Shown: in pieces, positions 1 to 10,748 of the stretch
Position numbering within the stretch: position 1 is the stretch's first letter
Layout of the letters: every line of letters begins with the position of its first letter
Assembly (NCBI GenBank): GCA_002269645.1
Contig: NIVC01001554.1
Span: 124,001-188,000 of the forward strand
Length of the DNA stretch: 64,000 nucleotides
From: Macrostomum lignano
Lineage: Eukaryota
Direction of reading: 5' to 3'
Program-made: the position numbers and the translations under genes
Notes under the pieces: model-generated
Databases searched by the model: none
The model's input: only the letters and a program-made list of their open reading frames with translations
Told to the model about the DNA's origin: nothing

Positions 1-399
1 GGCATGGAGGCTGTGCCGCTGACCGAGACGCGAGAGCGGGCCTTGGACGCGCTTTACCGATCGCTGCTGCGCTACGCGCTGGGCGTGCACTACCCGGAGC
101 GCCTACCGACCAACGCTCTGATGGCCCACGCCGGAGCTCCGCCCCTGAGCGCTACCCTGCGCCGGCGCCGCCAGATGCTCCAGACCCTGGGTCGCGGTGC
201 GCCCGTCCCTCTGGCCCTGGCCATGCTGCACCGGCCGACCGAGCAATTGCGCCACGGCCAGGCCCGCACTGCCACTCTAACGGACTGCCTCATCGCAGAC
301 TTGCAGGCGCTTAAGCTGACCCCTCAGGCTGCTGCTGCCTGCCCCTCCCGCCTGTTCTGCGAGCGCGTGCGCGCGAGGCGCCTCCCCACTGCGTCTTAA
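1..399 (+). mobile_element. 3' end of a non-LTR retrotransposon (LINE, RTE/L2-like) ORF, C-terminal to the RT domain; runs off the left edge
   Basis: The frame is open from base 1. GMEAVPLTETRERALDALYRSLLRYALGV...ATLRRRRQM...LRHGQARTATLTDCLIAD follows the post-RT pattern of LINE ORF2 (YG.E.W.LT....LD..Y..LR......RRR......R.G.....D.L..D). The usual L.GH..R segment appears deleted. Recognised by pattern only. Confidence 0.6.
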
Positions 400-1231
400 T
401 ATATGTAATGACCATACTGCATACATATGTATATTCCGCGCAAAGCCAGGCCGAGTAGCCCGAGTAGTTGCAGACTAATTAAAAATGTATTTTTGGTAGA
501 CATAAATGTATTGGTTACTGATCAGATTTAATTATTAATTAAACTCAATTCATGTACATGTACATGTAAATGTTATATTTAATCGCATAAAAATATACAT
601 GCACCTGAGATGCTGCACATGCAATAAATCATCAACATCCAGGATGTAAATGTACATGTAAATTTAGACTGCATGCATATACGCATGTACATGCATGTAT
701 AAGATATTCTATGGGTTTGAGGTCGGTATGTGATTAAATCCTGAGAGCCATTTAAACTACTTTAATTTTGCGGGATGTATTCAGATAAATCCCGGAGCCA
801 TACCTATGTCTATGGCTCATGTCTATGGTTGAAGTTCGGGATGGGTGTGTGGGGGCGAAGCCCCTGTTGGGAGTGTGGGGGATTTTTACCATAGACAAAA
901 TTTCATCAAGAAATTTCTCGAGTCACGAAGGAAGAGAAGAGAGAAGCTGCTCGCTTATTTAGATACATACAATAATTCTTGTAATATGTCCGGGAAAGTG
1001 ATCGATTAAATCCGGCAAAATAAAATCTATGTCAATAACCTCCCTGAAAGTGAGCTTTAAAGTGGTTTAAGATTATGTAATCCACTTTGCCTGTGCGTAA
1101 TAGCGTAACTCTGCTACCATAGACAAACCAACGAGATGGATAGACATAGATAGCGGAGATAACTCATTATCTCCGGCGGAGATACGGCGTTATACTCGTA
1201 TTCAGGTTACATACCGCGGATTACGTAAATA

Positions 1232-1376
1232 ATAAACGCCGTTTAATTCACATTCTGTGGTTAGAATGTCTGAGGCTGCGTTTAATGGTCTCGAGGCGAG
1301 CGTAGCGAGCCGAGGACCATTGATTGCAGCCGAGGATATTCTAACCATAGACTATGATGAATTAAACGGCGTTTAT
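1232..1376. repeat. Imperfect ~145-bp palindrome (MITE-like hairpin)
   Basis: ATAAACGCCGTTTAATTCA (1232-1250) is the exact reverse complement of 1358-1376. GGTTAGAAT/ATTCTAACC and further inner arms also pair around a central GAGGCGAGCGTAGCGAGCCGAGG. Confidence 0.85.
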
Positions 1377-1524
1377 CATATATTAAATTCGATTGCTCCT
1401 GATTTCGAGGAGATTATATGATATAATATCCTAGTTTTTGTTAAAAATTACCACAGACAACACATTCCCGGCTCAGAATAGTACAATTTTTTAACGATTA
1501 AATAAGCAATCGTATTTTATATAC

Positions 1525-1588
1525 AAAGAATCGCCTGATACGAGGAGATACTGTCTATGGCTCATCTCCTCGTATCAGGCGATTCTTT
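1525..1588. repeat. Perfect 25-bp inverted repeat with a 14-nt loop
   Basis: AAAGAATCGCCTGATACGAGGAGAT (1525-1549) and ATCTCCTCGTATCAGGCGATTCTTT (1564-1588). The loop contains GTCTATGG. Confidence 0.9.
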
Positions 1589-2086
1589 TTTATGTTCATG
1601 ACTGATTCATAAAAAGCCACAATCATAACGATTAAACAGTTTATAATTAAACAATCAAAAGTATAATTTTAAATCTACAGCTACAGCCTGCAAGCATGAA
1701 TGCAGTGATGCAAGGTCTATTTTTTCCGTCAATTCCGTCAGCGCATCACGATCAGGTCTTATAATTGTTGAGTTCTCATTAGTTTTAGCCATTAAATGTA
1801 TGATTCATTATTATTTAATTGCGTGGCCGTATACGAGTATTTAATGCACGTGTAATTTTTTAATACAAACTTAATTGCAGCAGATTCGAACGCACGACGA
1901 CAATTTTAGTATGGCATGGCAACACGCACGTTGCAACTCGAGCATATTATCGGAATGACGTACTGCACGCTGGACTGACTTATTACGCCCTCTTATTGTG
2001 AAGTGTATATATTTCGACTGAAAATATATCCAACAAAATAGCATAAACTAACCGTAGAAATTCAACAATTCACACAAGTTCACAAT

Positions 2087-2851
2087 ATGGCTTTGAGATA
2101 TTTTATGCTTCTTTCATTGCTACCTTTGATCGTAGCGCTCTGCTGCTCTCAAGAGGTTCCCAACATCACTGCCGTCACTTCTGAGCAGCAAGTCACTCGC
2201 TTGCCCTTGATTAAGGAAACTACTCCCGTACCTGAAGAGATTCAAACTACGGATCTGAAGAACGCGGAAACTACTCCAATTCCGGAGACGGAAACTACTC
2301 CAATTTCGGAGACGGAAACTACTCCAATTTCGGAGACGGAAACTACTCAAATTCCGGAGACGGAAACTACTCCAATTTCGGAGACGGAAACTACTCCAAT
2401 TTCGGAGACGGAAACTACTCAAATTCCGGAGACGGAAACTACTCCAATTTCGGAGACGGAAACTACTCCAATTCCGGAGACGGAAACTACTATTCCTGAG
2501 ACCGAAACTACGCCAGCTCCCATAGGTGAGACAACTTCCGACGTGGATGTAGTTGCTGAAATAACCTACAATCTCGACAATATCCTTGAACCAATAGATT
2601 TGGATGAAGAGCCGCTGCCCACGGAGGAGCCCGAGATCCCGGATGAGCCCGAGATCCCGGAGGAGCCAAATGTTGACATTGACAACTGGCCCGAAATACA
2701 TGTAGACTGCGGCCTGAAGAAATGCCCAATTGCGTACAAGCCGGTCTGCTGCAACGGCATCACGGAGTGGAACTTGTGCCTGGCCAATTGCTTTTGGGAC
2801 GACAACTGCCCGAACCCCATTCCTGGGGAGTGCAGCCCAGTACTGGACTAA
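2087..2851 (+). CDS. Secreted protein: signal peptide, Thr/Glu/Pro-rich mucin-like stalk and C-terminal Kazal-type domain (254 aa, intronless)
   Basis: Hydrophobic N-terminus MALRYFMLLSLLPLIVALCCS; about 10 copies of an 8-aa (24-bp) ETETTPI(S/P) repeat; acidic linker; then CGLKKCPIAYKPVCCNGITEWNLCLANC...C...GEC, matching Kazal C..C...Y.PVC..G.T..N.C...C...G.C. TATA-like TATATAT near 2005. Confidence 0.8.
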   Translation: MALRYFMLLSLLPLIVALCCSQEVPNITAVTSEQQVTRLPLIKETTPVPEEIQTTDLKNAETTPIPETETTPISETETTPISETETTQIPETETTPISETETTPISETETTQIPETETTPISETETTPIPETETTIPETETTPAPIGETTSDVDVVAEITYNLDNILEPIDLDEEPLPTEEPEIPDEPEIPEEPNVDIDNWPEIHVDCGLKKCPIAYKPVCCNGITEWNLCLANCFWDDNCPNPIPGECSPVLD

Positions 2852-3387
2852 AACTATATGGTCATATTTAATTTTTAAGCTACATGTATTTTCATTTATT
2901 CGAGACTCGAGAGTTTTAAGTTTTTTATCTCAACAATATAATTTTCCAATGATTTTCGATCCTTTCTACTTAGTGAAAATTCACGAGTAGCAGAGCAAGA
3001 AAATGTTATGCGCGTTGTGCTAAAAATTAAAACATTTATTTCTTGCATCTTAGTAAAATTCAAATTTTAAATTTAATGGCCTGAGTATGACTCTTGAGGG
3101 CGGAAGTCAATTCAAGTCATCAAAAGTGGTCTCTGGTGTGCTCGTAAACTTTTCCTACAGTTTTCTATGGGTTCTACTCGTATTATTTGATTTATACTTT
3201 ATCAAGTTGCTGTTTACTCGTTTTTATTCATGTAAGTAGGCCTTTAAATCAAAGATATCATGTGGTTTGAGAATTTTCCTAAACTCACTGACTCTAAAAT
3301 TCCAAGCATAAAAACTTTGTGTATGATTCCTTCAAATAGCTGTGTAAATTGTGTTTTCTGGTTTTCTCTAACCGTTGAATTTCCAAA

Positions 3388-3411
3388 GGTAGCCCTTAAA
3401 AGGGCCGTTTT
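3388..3411 (-). terminator. Orphan histone-mRNA 3' stem-loop
   Basis: The minus strand reads AAAACGGCCCTTTTAAGGGCTACC: 6-bp stem, 4-nt TTTA loop, A-rich 5' flank and ACC 3' flank. It is nearly identical to the H4 stem-loop at 4739. Confidence 0.7.
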
Positions 3412-3611
3412 ACCTTTCAGTTAAGTTTGTTGCCAAACAAACCTAAAAGTTATTCTCGTGAAAAAACGCCGTTATAGTAGATAGTTTGAGAACTAAAAAA
3501 CTATGTAAGAACAGTTACGCCAATAATTATATCGATTATTGATTTAGGAAATCGAGTTGAGTTACTTCTTAATCGGAAATAGCATGGCATGAAACACGAA
3601 CTTGTGAACAT

Positions 3612-3793
3612 CAGTGGCGTAGCCAGGATTTCCTTCTGGGGGGGAGGGGGGTCACAGTCAGTCACAGGCTCACAGCGGCAACCGGGGGCAGGGGGTGCTA
3701 GGCCTCTGCGACGGGGAGGGGCCTGAAAATATGGCCTGGATCAGCCGGCTGGAGGGTCATGACCCCCATGACCCCCCCTTGGCTACGCCCCTG
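3612..3793. mobile_element. 182-bp hAT-type MITE
   Basis: TIRs CAGTGGCGTAGCCAG ... TTGGCTACGCCCCTG with an exact 8-bp TSD GTGAACAT at 3604-3611 and 3794-3801. 8-bp TSDs and CAG termini are typical of hAT elements. Confidence 0.9.
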
Positions 3794-4183
3794 GTGAACA
3801 TCGTTGCTAAACCATTGTAACAGTAGAAACGGAAGATGGCTGGACACAACACTAGATGGCTGGAATTCCTGGAACAAAAGTGTAAATTTCTATATATGGC
3901 AGTGTATTAAAATGCCTAAAAATAAAAACTAGTAAGTGCGTCGCTTCAGTTGCAAAAACGCTGTCCGTAAGAAATGTTTTAAGCATTAAGACTAAAGTGT
4001 ATGGGTCTGCGCTATTAGGCCCCTATACAGTTAACAGATTTACATATTTCACTGGCAAGTGGCAATGTCGAGCTAGAATCTGTGCCTATTTCGAATATTG
4101 GGGCAAATGGGGCAAAATTGACGCTTCTTCCGTGAAGCGTGGAGAAATATTTAACTAATCGATAATTTCGTTTGCTTGTTTCA

Positions 4184-4224
4184 GCCAATGAGAGGGCAGC
4201 GAGGAAAACTGGGCTTATATATGG
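4184..4224 (+). promoter_or_regulatory. H4 core promoter (CCAAT and TATA boxes)
   Basis: GCCAATGAG near 4184 and CTTATATATGG near 4214-4224, about 85-125 bp upstream of the H4 ATG. Confidence 0.55.
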
Positions 4225-4293
4225 TACTTACCCTCATGGAATTTTCTACATCAAATCTCACCTTTACACTTGTGCCTGCCAATTCTATTCTGA

Positions 4294-4620
<327 letters not shown>

Positions 4621-4738
4621 GCAAAGTCTGCGTTCCCATGCGAAAGTGGTTTTCTACTTCTAGATCAGATAGTTCTACGAGCTTGTGCGCTGTTATTGGG
4701 TTGATAGCTCTACCTATCTCTTTCTTTTCATGAACGTT

Positions 4739-4766
4739 AAAACGGCCCTTTTCAGGGCCACCACAT
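4739..4766 (+). terminator. Histone 3' stem-loop of H4
   Basis: AAAACGGCCCTTTTCAGGGCCACCACA, about 120 nt after the stop codon, matches the SLBP-binding consensus. Confidence 0.95.
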
Positions 4767-5459
4767 CTAAACGATGCCACGCAGTCCCATGGCTATATTA
4801 CGTATACGTATGTTGTATCAAGCTGAGCAGGCAAATGACTAGGTCCTATTTATAGTTATTTAATAATATAACTCGTTCCTAACGACCTAAGAATAAGATT
4901 GATTTAGGGCTTGTTCAATGCGGCCCATGCATGATCAAATATGATCAAAACGGCCCTTTTAGCGACAGCCATCAAATTCTGCTCTTACAAATTAATGGCT
5001 ACGCTTGGATATTATTAAGTAACATTCCATCAAGCACATCACTAATATTTACGATAAAAATATCAATTACTTTTTAATTTGCCATCTCTAAAAGTTAGCT
5101 TTTAGCAAATTCGGGGCGGGAATGTAGCGCCCTCCCTAAAATCATCCGATGTCGTACATACTAGTACATTCGTACATCTACAAATTTATTTTCATTTTAG
5201 TTTTAATCATAAGCATGATTAAATTGTGCGACTGATTTATGTCATAAAAACATGCACATAAAAACAAATGAAAGAAAAATATTAAAACAAAAATCAATTA
5301 AAACGGAATAATCGGCGGGACACGCTGCTGGCATATAATTTTTCTGCCTTTATTAGGAAATTAGAAAGTTTCTGTTTTCACAGACATTGCGAGGCTGCCT
5401 TAAAGGCATGGCAAAACCGCGACATCCTTGATATAATTAAGTGCCAGAGTGAGCGACAG

Positions 5460-6290
5460 CTATCTGCCAATTCCTTTGGCGCTGCGAAATCCTGCGGCCG
5501 CTCCAGTCTGACCGGCTTCTCCATCTTGACCAGCTGCGCCTCCGCGACCTCCCCTGGCCCCGCCTGCGCCTCGGCCTCCGGCACCTCCGCGACCTCCGGC
5601 ACCTCCGTCTTGGCCATCCTCTCCGTCTTGTCCACCGCCGCCGCCTCCGCGACCTCCGGCGCCTCCGCGACCTCCCCTGGCCCCGCCTGCGCCTCGGCCT
5701 CCGGCACCTCCGCGACCTCCGGCAGCTCCGTCTTGACCATCCTCTCCATCTTGTCCACCACCGCCGCCTCCGCGACCGTCTTGTCCACCACCGCCGCCGC
5801 CTCCACGACCTCCGGCGCCTCCGCGACCTCCGGCACCTCCGCGACCTCCGGCAGCTCCGTCTTGACCATCCTTTCCGTCTTGTCCACCGCCGCCGCCGCC
5901 TCCACGACCTCCGAGACCCCCAGCACCTCCGCGACCTCCGCCGCCGCGTCCACCGGCGCCACCGCGGCCTCCCCCGGCACTTCCATCTTGACCATCCTTG
6001 CCATCTTGTTCGCCTCCGCCGCCATCAGCCTCATCATCATCGTCAGAATACTCATAATCATATTCCGCGTTCTCGTCGCTATCCGCTGTTTGGCCTTCTG
6101 CACCGCCGCTGCCGCTACGACGGCGACGGCGTCGACTGCCGTTGCGTCGGCGACGAGTGCTGCTGCGGCTTCGCCGACGGTTGCGACCTGACCCGCCGCC
6201 GGCTTGTTGGCCGGCTTTCGCAGGCTTGGCTAGTTTGCTGCCATTGTCACTGCTGCTGCCTTCAGCTTCATCGGCGCAATTGTTCTGCAT
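5460..6290 (-). CDS. Intronless low-complexity protein with Arg/Ser-rich tract, acidic tract and RGG / Gly-X-Y (GQDG) repeats (276 aa)
   Basis: ATG about 45 nt downstream of a minus-strand TTATAAG (6337-6343); AATAAA on the minus strand at about 5350-5355; GC-rich coding-like composition inside AT-rich flanks. Function unknown. Confidence 0.65.
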   Translation of the reverse strand: MQNNCADEAEGSSSDNGSKLAKPAKAGQQAGGGSGRNRRRSRSSTRRRRNGSRRRRRRSGSGGAEGQTADSDENAEYDYEYSDDDDEADGGGGEQDGKDGQDGSAGGGRGGAGGRGGGGRGGAGGLGGRGGGGGGGQDGKDGQDGAAGGRGGAGGRGGAGGRGGGGGGGQDGRGGGGGGQDGEDGQDGAAGGRGGAGGRGAGGARGGRGGAGGRGGGGGGQDGEDGQDGGAGGRGGAGGRGAGGARGGRGGAAGQDGEAGQTGAAAGFRSAKGIGR

Positions 6291-6866
6291 GCCGCGACTG
6301 CGCTATATTTCTGGACAATGGCGCGTGGCTGCTAGCTTATAAGGTGCTTCAAAACGCTTAACGAGTATATGTGCATGTGTATTTCATTGAAATTGATTCT
6401 TGTATACATTTACAAACATAGACATTAATTATAATCTAAATTAAGTACTTGTGATGGTTCACTACTGTTAATAATTTTAACTGCTACACCGTTTTGCACT
6501 CAATTTCGGCAGCGCCAATCTAAAAGGGGAATAAAAAGAGAAGTATGGCATTTCTGTGTCCTTCAGCCTTCAAATGCAAGATATGTAGCTCTACATGTAT
6601 GGCTGAAGAGCGGGTCGTTGCTTTTTCTGCGCTCGCAACGTGGGTGTACGCGCGAGGAAGGAAGGGCGGGAGGACGGGCATTCGCACATTGTAAGGGTGG
6701 CAGCGAGAAAGAGAATTGACTCTCAACATGTATCCCACTTTGCCTGTACGCCTTGTCTATGTCGCTAGTGCTTTGCTACCGGAGATTCTCACTAAGTAAC
6801 CTCCGCTGCCATAGACAATAAAATTAACGCCTTGAGCCAGAGTGGAGGTTGGTTGAACACTTTCTT

Positions 6867-7092
6867 CTACCCTCCACAACTATCCTCCACAGCTACCCTC
6901 CACAGCTACCCTCCACAGCTACCCTCCACAGCTACCCTCCACAGCTACCCTCCACAGCTACCCTCCACAGCTACCCTCCACAGCTACCCTCCACAGCTAC
7001 CCTTCACAGCTACCCAGCTCCACAGCTATACCCTCCACAGCTACCCTCCACAGCTACCCTCCACAGCTACCCTCCACAGCTACCCTCCACAG
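6867..7092. repeat. 13-bp minisatellite (CCCTCCACAGCTA)n, array 1
   Basis: Direct reading, about 17 units. Confidence 0.95.
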
Positions 7093-7095
7093 AGT

Positions 7096-9136
7096 TGTAA
7101 CTGAGTCAGAGGCCGTGTTTACTGTGTAGCCAAACTCTTGTACAATCTCGCTGGGTTAATTTCAGTCACTGCAGGATTCCAAATTCAGTCCTTGTAGATT
7201 TTCACGCCAGCCCGAGCAGCGCGGGGGTGCGGGCGCAGCGCCACCGGGGAGGCGGGTGGATCTCGGGCCGCCTCGCCAGCAGCTCTCGGTGTAGCGTTCT
7301 GCGTATGGACGCCGGCGTCGGCCAAGTCGGGGCTGACGACTTTGACCGCCGTGCAGTGCCGCCAGCAGGTCGTGCCGTCCCGGCGTAGCAGCAGCGAGTT
7401 GCCGGCCACCCGCTGGACCGTCCAGGCACCGCTCTCGAATGGCGTCTGCGTCTTGCTGGCACTGACCCGCCGTCGTAGCACCGAGTCGCCGACCTGGACG
7501 TCGTGCCGCCGTGGTCGCCTCCTTGCGTCAGCGTGCTGCTTCATCGCCGCCTTGGCGCCGGCGTCGGCGTCTCTCAGCCGCTGCTCGTTGATGCGGACTC
7601 GCTGGGATGGCCGGGCGGCGGGGATGACGTCGTTTAGCCGCCGGCCCATCAGCAGCTCGGCTGGTGCGCGCCCGGTGGCCGTGTGCGGCGTGTTCCTGTA
7701 GGCCAGCAGCCACTCGTCCAGAGCGGTCCTCCAGTCCCGCCGCTCCTCGATGGCTGCTCGCACGACTTTGTTGATGGAGCGGTTCAGTCGCTCTGTCATG
7801 CCGTTGGCCGCTGGGTAGTAGGGCGTGATGAGGCGGTGCTTGATCCCGTAGCTCGCCAGGAACCGGCCGAACTCCTTGGACGAGAAGGGCGGTTCATTAT
7901 CTTTCAAGAGCTCCTGCGGGATCCGAAGCGGGCGAACAGTGCCTCGGCCGTCGTCGCCTGCGTGAGCTGCACCTCCGGAAACCTTGAGTAGCGGTCCACG
8001 CACACCAGCAGCATGTTGTTGCTGATGGGTCCCACGAAATCGGCGCCGATCGACAGCCAGGCGCCTGCGGGGATCGGCGCCGGCTGCAGAGGCGTGGCCC
8101 GGACGGCTGGCGTGTGCGACGTGACGGCGCAGCTGCGACATCGACTGACGAATTCCTCCGCTTGAGTTGCCATCCTCGGCCACCAGACCTTCGTGCAGAG
8201 TCTGGCGATCGTCTTCTGCGAGCACTGCATGGTGCCCTTCATGCGCTAATTCGAGCATCTGCTGCAGCAGATCAGCTGGCACGACGATTCGGTGGTGCCG
8301 AAGGAGGACCCCGTCAACCGCAGACAGCTCCTCTCGCAGCGCGTGGAGCGAGCGTATCTCGGGGTTGGAGCGATCCCAGCGGCCGCCTTGCTTCGCCGCT
8401 ATCGCTGCCCGGATGACTGGGTCGCTGGCAGAGCTCTTGCGGATGTCCTGGAGCGTCAGCGCCATCGGCACAGCCGCCTGCGCCACCTCGTTGATGTAGG
8501 CCTCCCTCAGCTGCTCGCCAAAACTTCTGCCTTGTGCGCTTAGGGGCTGCCTGCTGAGTACATCTGCAGCATTGGAGGCTCCCGGCTGGTACTAGACCTT
8601 GAACACTAGGTGCTGGATCCTCAGCGCCATTCGCTCGACTCGTGGAGGCGGCCGCGACCCAGGCGCGAACATGGCCGTCAGCGGCTTGTGATCGGAGACC
8701 ACTGTGAACTCGCGCGATCCATGCAGGTAGTACTCAAACTTCAGGCAGCCGAACTTCATGGTGAGTGCCTCCTTCTCGGTCTGCGAATATCGCCGCTCGA
8801 CATCGGAGAGGGTCCGGCTGGCGTATGCAACCGGCCTTGAGTTGCCGTCGCGCTGCACCTGCGCCAGGATGGCGCCCAGTCCGGTCGGCCCCGCGTCCAC
8901 GATCAGCTGCGTGTGTAGCCGCTTGTCGTAAAAAGCCAGCGTTGTCGGCTCCGCGATGCTGCGCTTCAGCTGCTCAAAGGCTTCCCGCACTTTCTGCAGC
9001 TCTTGCCCTGCGCTGCGGTGCACGTGGGTTGCCATGGCCTGCCGCAGCGATCGCAAGATACGTGCTGCTTCGGTCTCTGCGGCCTCTGTGGCTTCTGGTC
9101 TCTTCTGACTGCTGCGAGCTGCTTCAATTCTCCTGA
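7096..9136 (-). mobile_element. Decayed Ty3/Gypsy LTR retrotransposon, internal-deletion derivative (gag zinc knuckle, RNase H, integrase, short LTR remnant)
   Basis: Gag CDRCGR...CTAAQGKSCRKCGK (about 8985-9135); RNase H with IVDAG / EKEA / SDHKPL (8592-8985); an in-frame TAG at 8592; integrase HHCC and D,D,E (ADF, KDN, TER) split by at least two frameshifts. The order RH-INT is Gypsy-type. The minus strand ends ...AGTAAAC...CAGTTACA at 7096, like an LTR 3' end. Protease and RT are missing. Confidence 0.9.
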
Positions 9137-9137
9137 A

Positions 9138-9411
9138 CCTCCACAGCTACCCTCCATGGCTACCCTCCACAGCTACCCACCATGGCTACCCTCAACAGCT
9201 ACCCTCCACAGCTACCCACCATGGCTACCCTCCACAGCTACCCTCCACAGCTACCCTCCACAGCTACCCTCCACAGCTACCCTCCACAGCTACCCTCCAC
9301 AGCTACGCTCCACAGCTACCCTTCACAGCTACCCTCCACAGCTACCCTCCACAGCTACGCTCCACAGCTACCCTCCACAGCTACCCTCCACAGCTACGCT
9401 CTACAGCTACC
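9138..9411. repeat. 13-bp minisatellite (CCCTCCACAGCTA)n, array 2
   Basis: Same unit and orientation as array 1. Confidence 0.95.
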
Positions 9412-10033
9412 ATTCCTTCAACTATTCCACTCTTAGTTCCGATTCTTCAGGAGGCACTTGCTAACTCATGTTTCAAATTTGAGCAATCCATACACCAGGA
9501 AAAATACCGGTCCCAATGGTAATTTACTCTTCAATTTTGATTGTTAATGAAATATTGTTAAGTATCGCAAAAATCAATCAATTTATATAAGAGTGACACA
9601 CAACAGCCGCGGCAGCAGCGGTATGGGCCGGTCCTCCCACACGATTGAGTTGCTAAAACATGCCAAGGGAGGTGACAAACTTCTAACGACTTTGTCCGTC
9701 AGTTGTGGAAGCAAGACTTAGCTGCCACGTTAGCTGCTTGATGTTGCTACAGCATTCATAATTCATGCCAATCTTTCTTCGTCAAGAAATGAAATCAAAA
9801 TATGGAATTGCCAGGCGCGAGGCCCGGACGACAGACGACTTTTGGGAAGGAAGTTGATTGTGTGCAGCTGCTTGTGCTGTAACGCCTGAATGCCTGCGCT
9901 TCATCAGAGCTGGAGTGACCTGGAGTGACCCTGCCACATGACAATGTCGGATGGGCGCTCCACCCTCTGGTTTCTATGCTCCTACATGTAGATCTTTATG
10001 CGTTTGATTATATAATTTTCATTTTATTTTACT

Positions 10034-10748
10034 GTAGGAGGGTAGCAGTGGAGGGTAGCTGTGGAGGGTAGCTGTGGAGGGTAGCTGTGGAGGGTAGCTG
10101 TGGAGGGTAGCTGTGGAGGGTAGCTGTGAAGGGTAGCTGTGGAGGGTAGCCATGGTGGGTAGCTGTGGAGGGTAGCCATGGAGGGTAGCTGTGGAGGGTA
10201 GCTGTGAAGGGTAGCTGTGGAGGGTAGCTGTGGAGGGTAGCTGTGGAGGGTAGCTGTGGAGGGTAGCCATGGTGGGTAGCTGTGGAGGGTAGCCATGGAG
10301 GGTAGCTGTGGAGGGTAGCTGTGAAGGGTAGCTGTGGAGGGTAGCTGTGGAGGGTAGCTGTGGAGGGTAGCTGTGGAGGGTAGCTGTGGAGGGTAGCTGT
10401 GGAGGGTAGCTGTGGAGGGTAGCTGTGGAGGGTAGCTGTGGAGGGTAGCTGTGGAGGGTAGCTGTGGAGGGTAGCTGTGGAGGGTAGCCATGGTGGGTAG
10501 CTGTGGAGGGTAGCTGTGGAGGGTAGCTGTGGAGGGTAGCTGTGGAGGGTAGCTGTGGAGGGTAGCTGTGGAGGGTAGCTGTGGAGGGTAGCTGTGGAGG
10601 GTAGCTGTGGAGGGTAGCTGTGGAGGGTAGCTATAGTGGGTAGCTGTGGAGGGTAGCTGTGGAGGGTAGCTGTGGAGGGTAGCTGTGGAGGGTAGCTGTG
10701 GAGGGTAGCTGTGGAGGGTAGCCATGGAGGGTAGCTGTGGAGGGTAGC
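10034..10748. repeat. 13-bp minisatellite, array 3, inverted (GTGGAGGGTAGCT)n
   Basis: Reverse complement of arrays 1 and 2, about 55 units. Confidence 0.95.

Noticed and set aside
850-965. Helitron-like end (GGGGGCGAAGCCCC hairpin and TC start on the minus strand)
   Set aside because: No CTRR terminus at the expected distance from the hairpin; too little evidence.
3412-4170. Divergent H3/H2A/H2B partner of H4
   Set aside because: No histone-like peptide in any minus frame, even after removing the MITE; only the stem-loop is present.
5378-6191. Alternative ORFs 5378-6103 (-) and 5526-6191 (+)
   Set aside because: They are shadows of the GC-rich repetitive 5460-6290 CDS. They have non-ATG starts, and only the chosen frame has an ATG just downstream of the TATA box.
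9138-10748. Foldback-type transposon with tandem-repeat TIRs
   Set aside because: The inverted similarity is limited to the 13-mer arrays; there are no matching unique termini or TSD.
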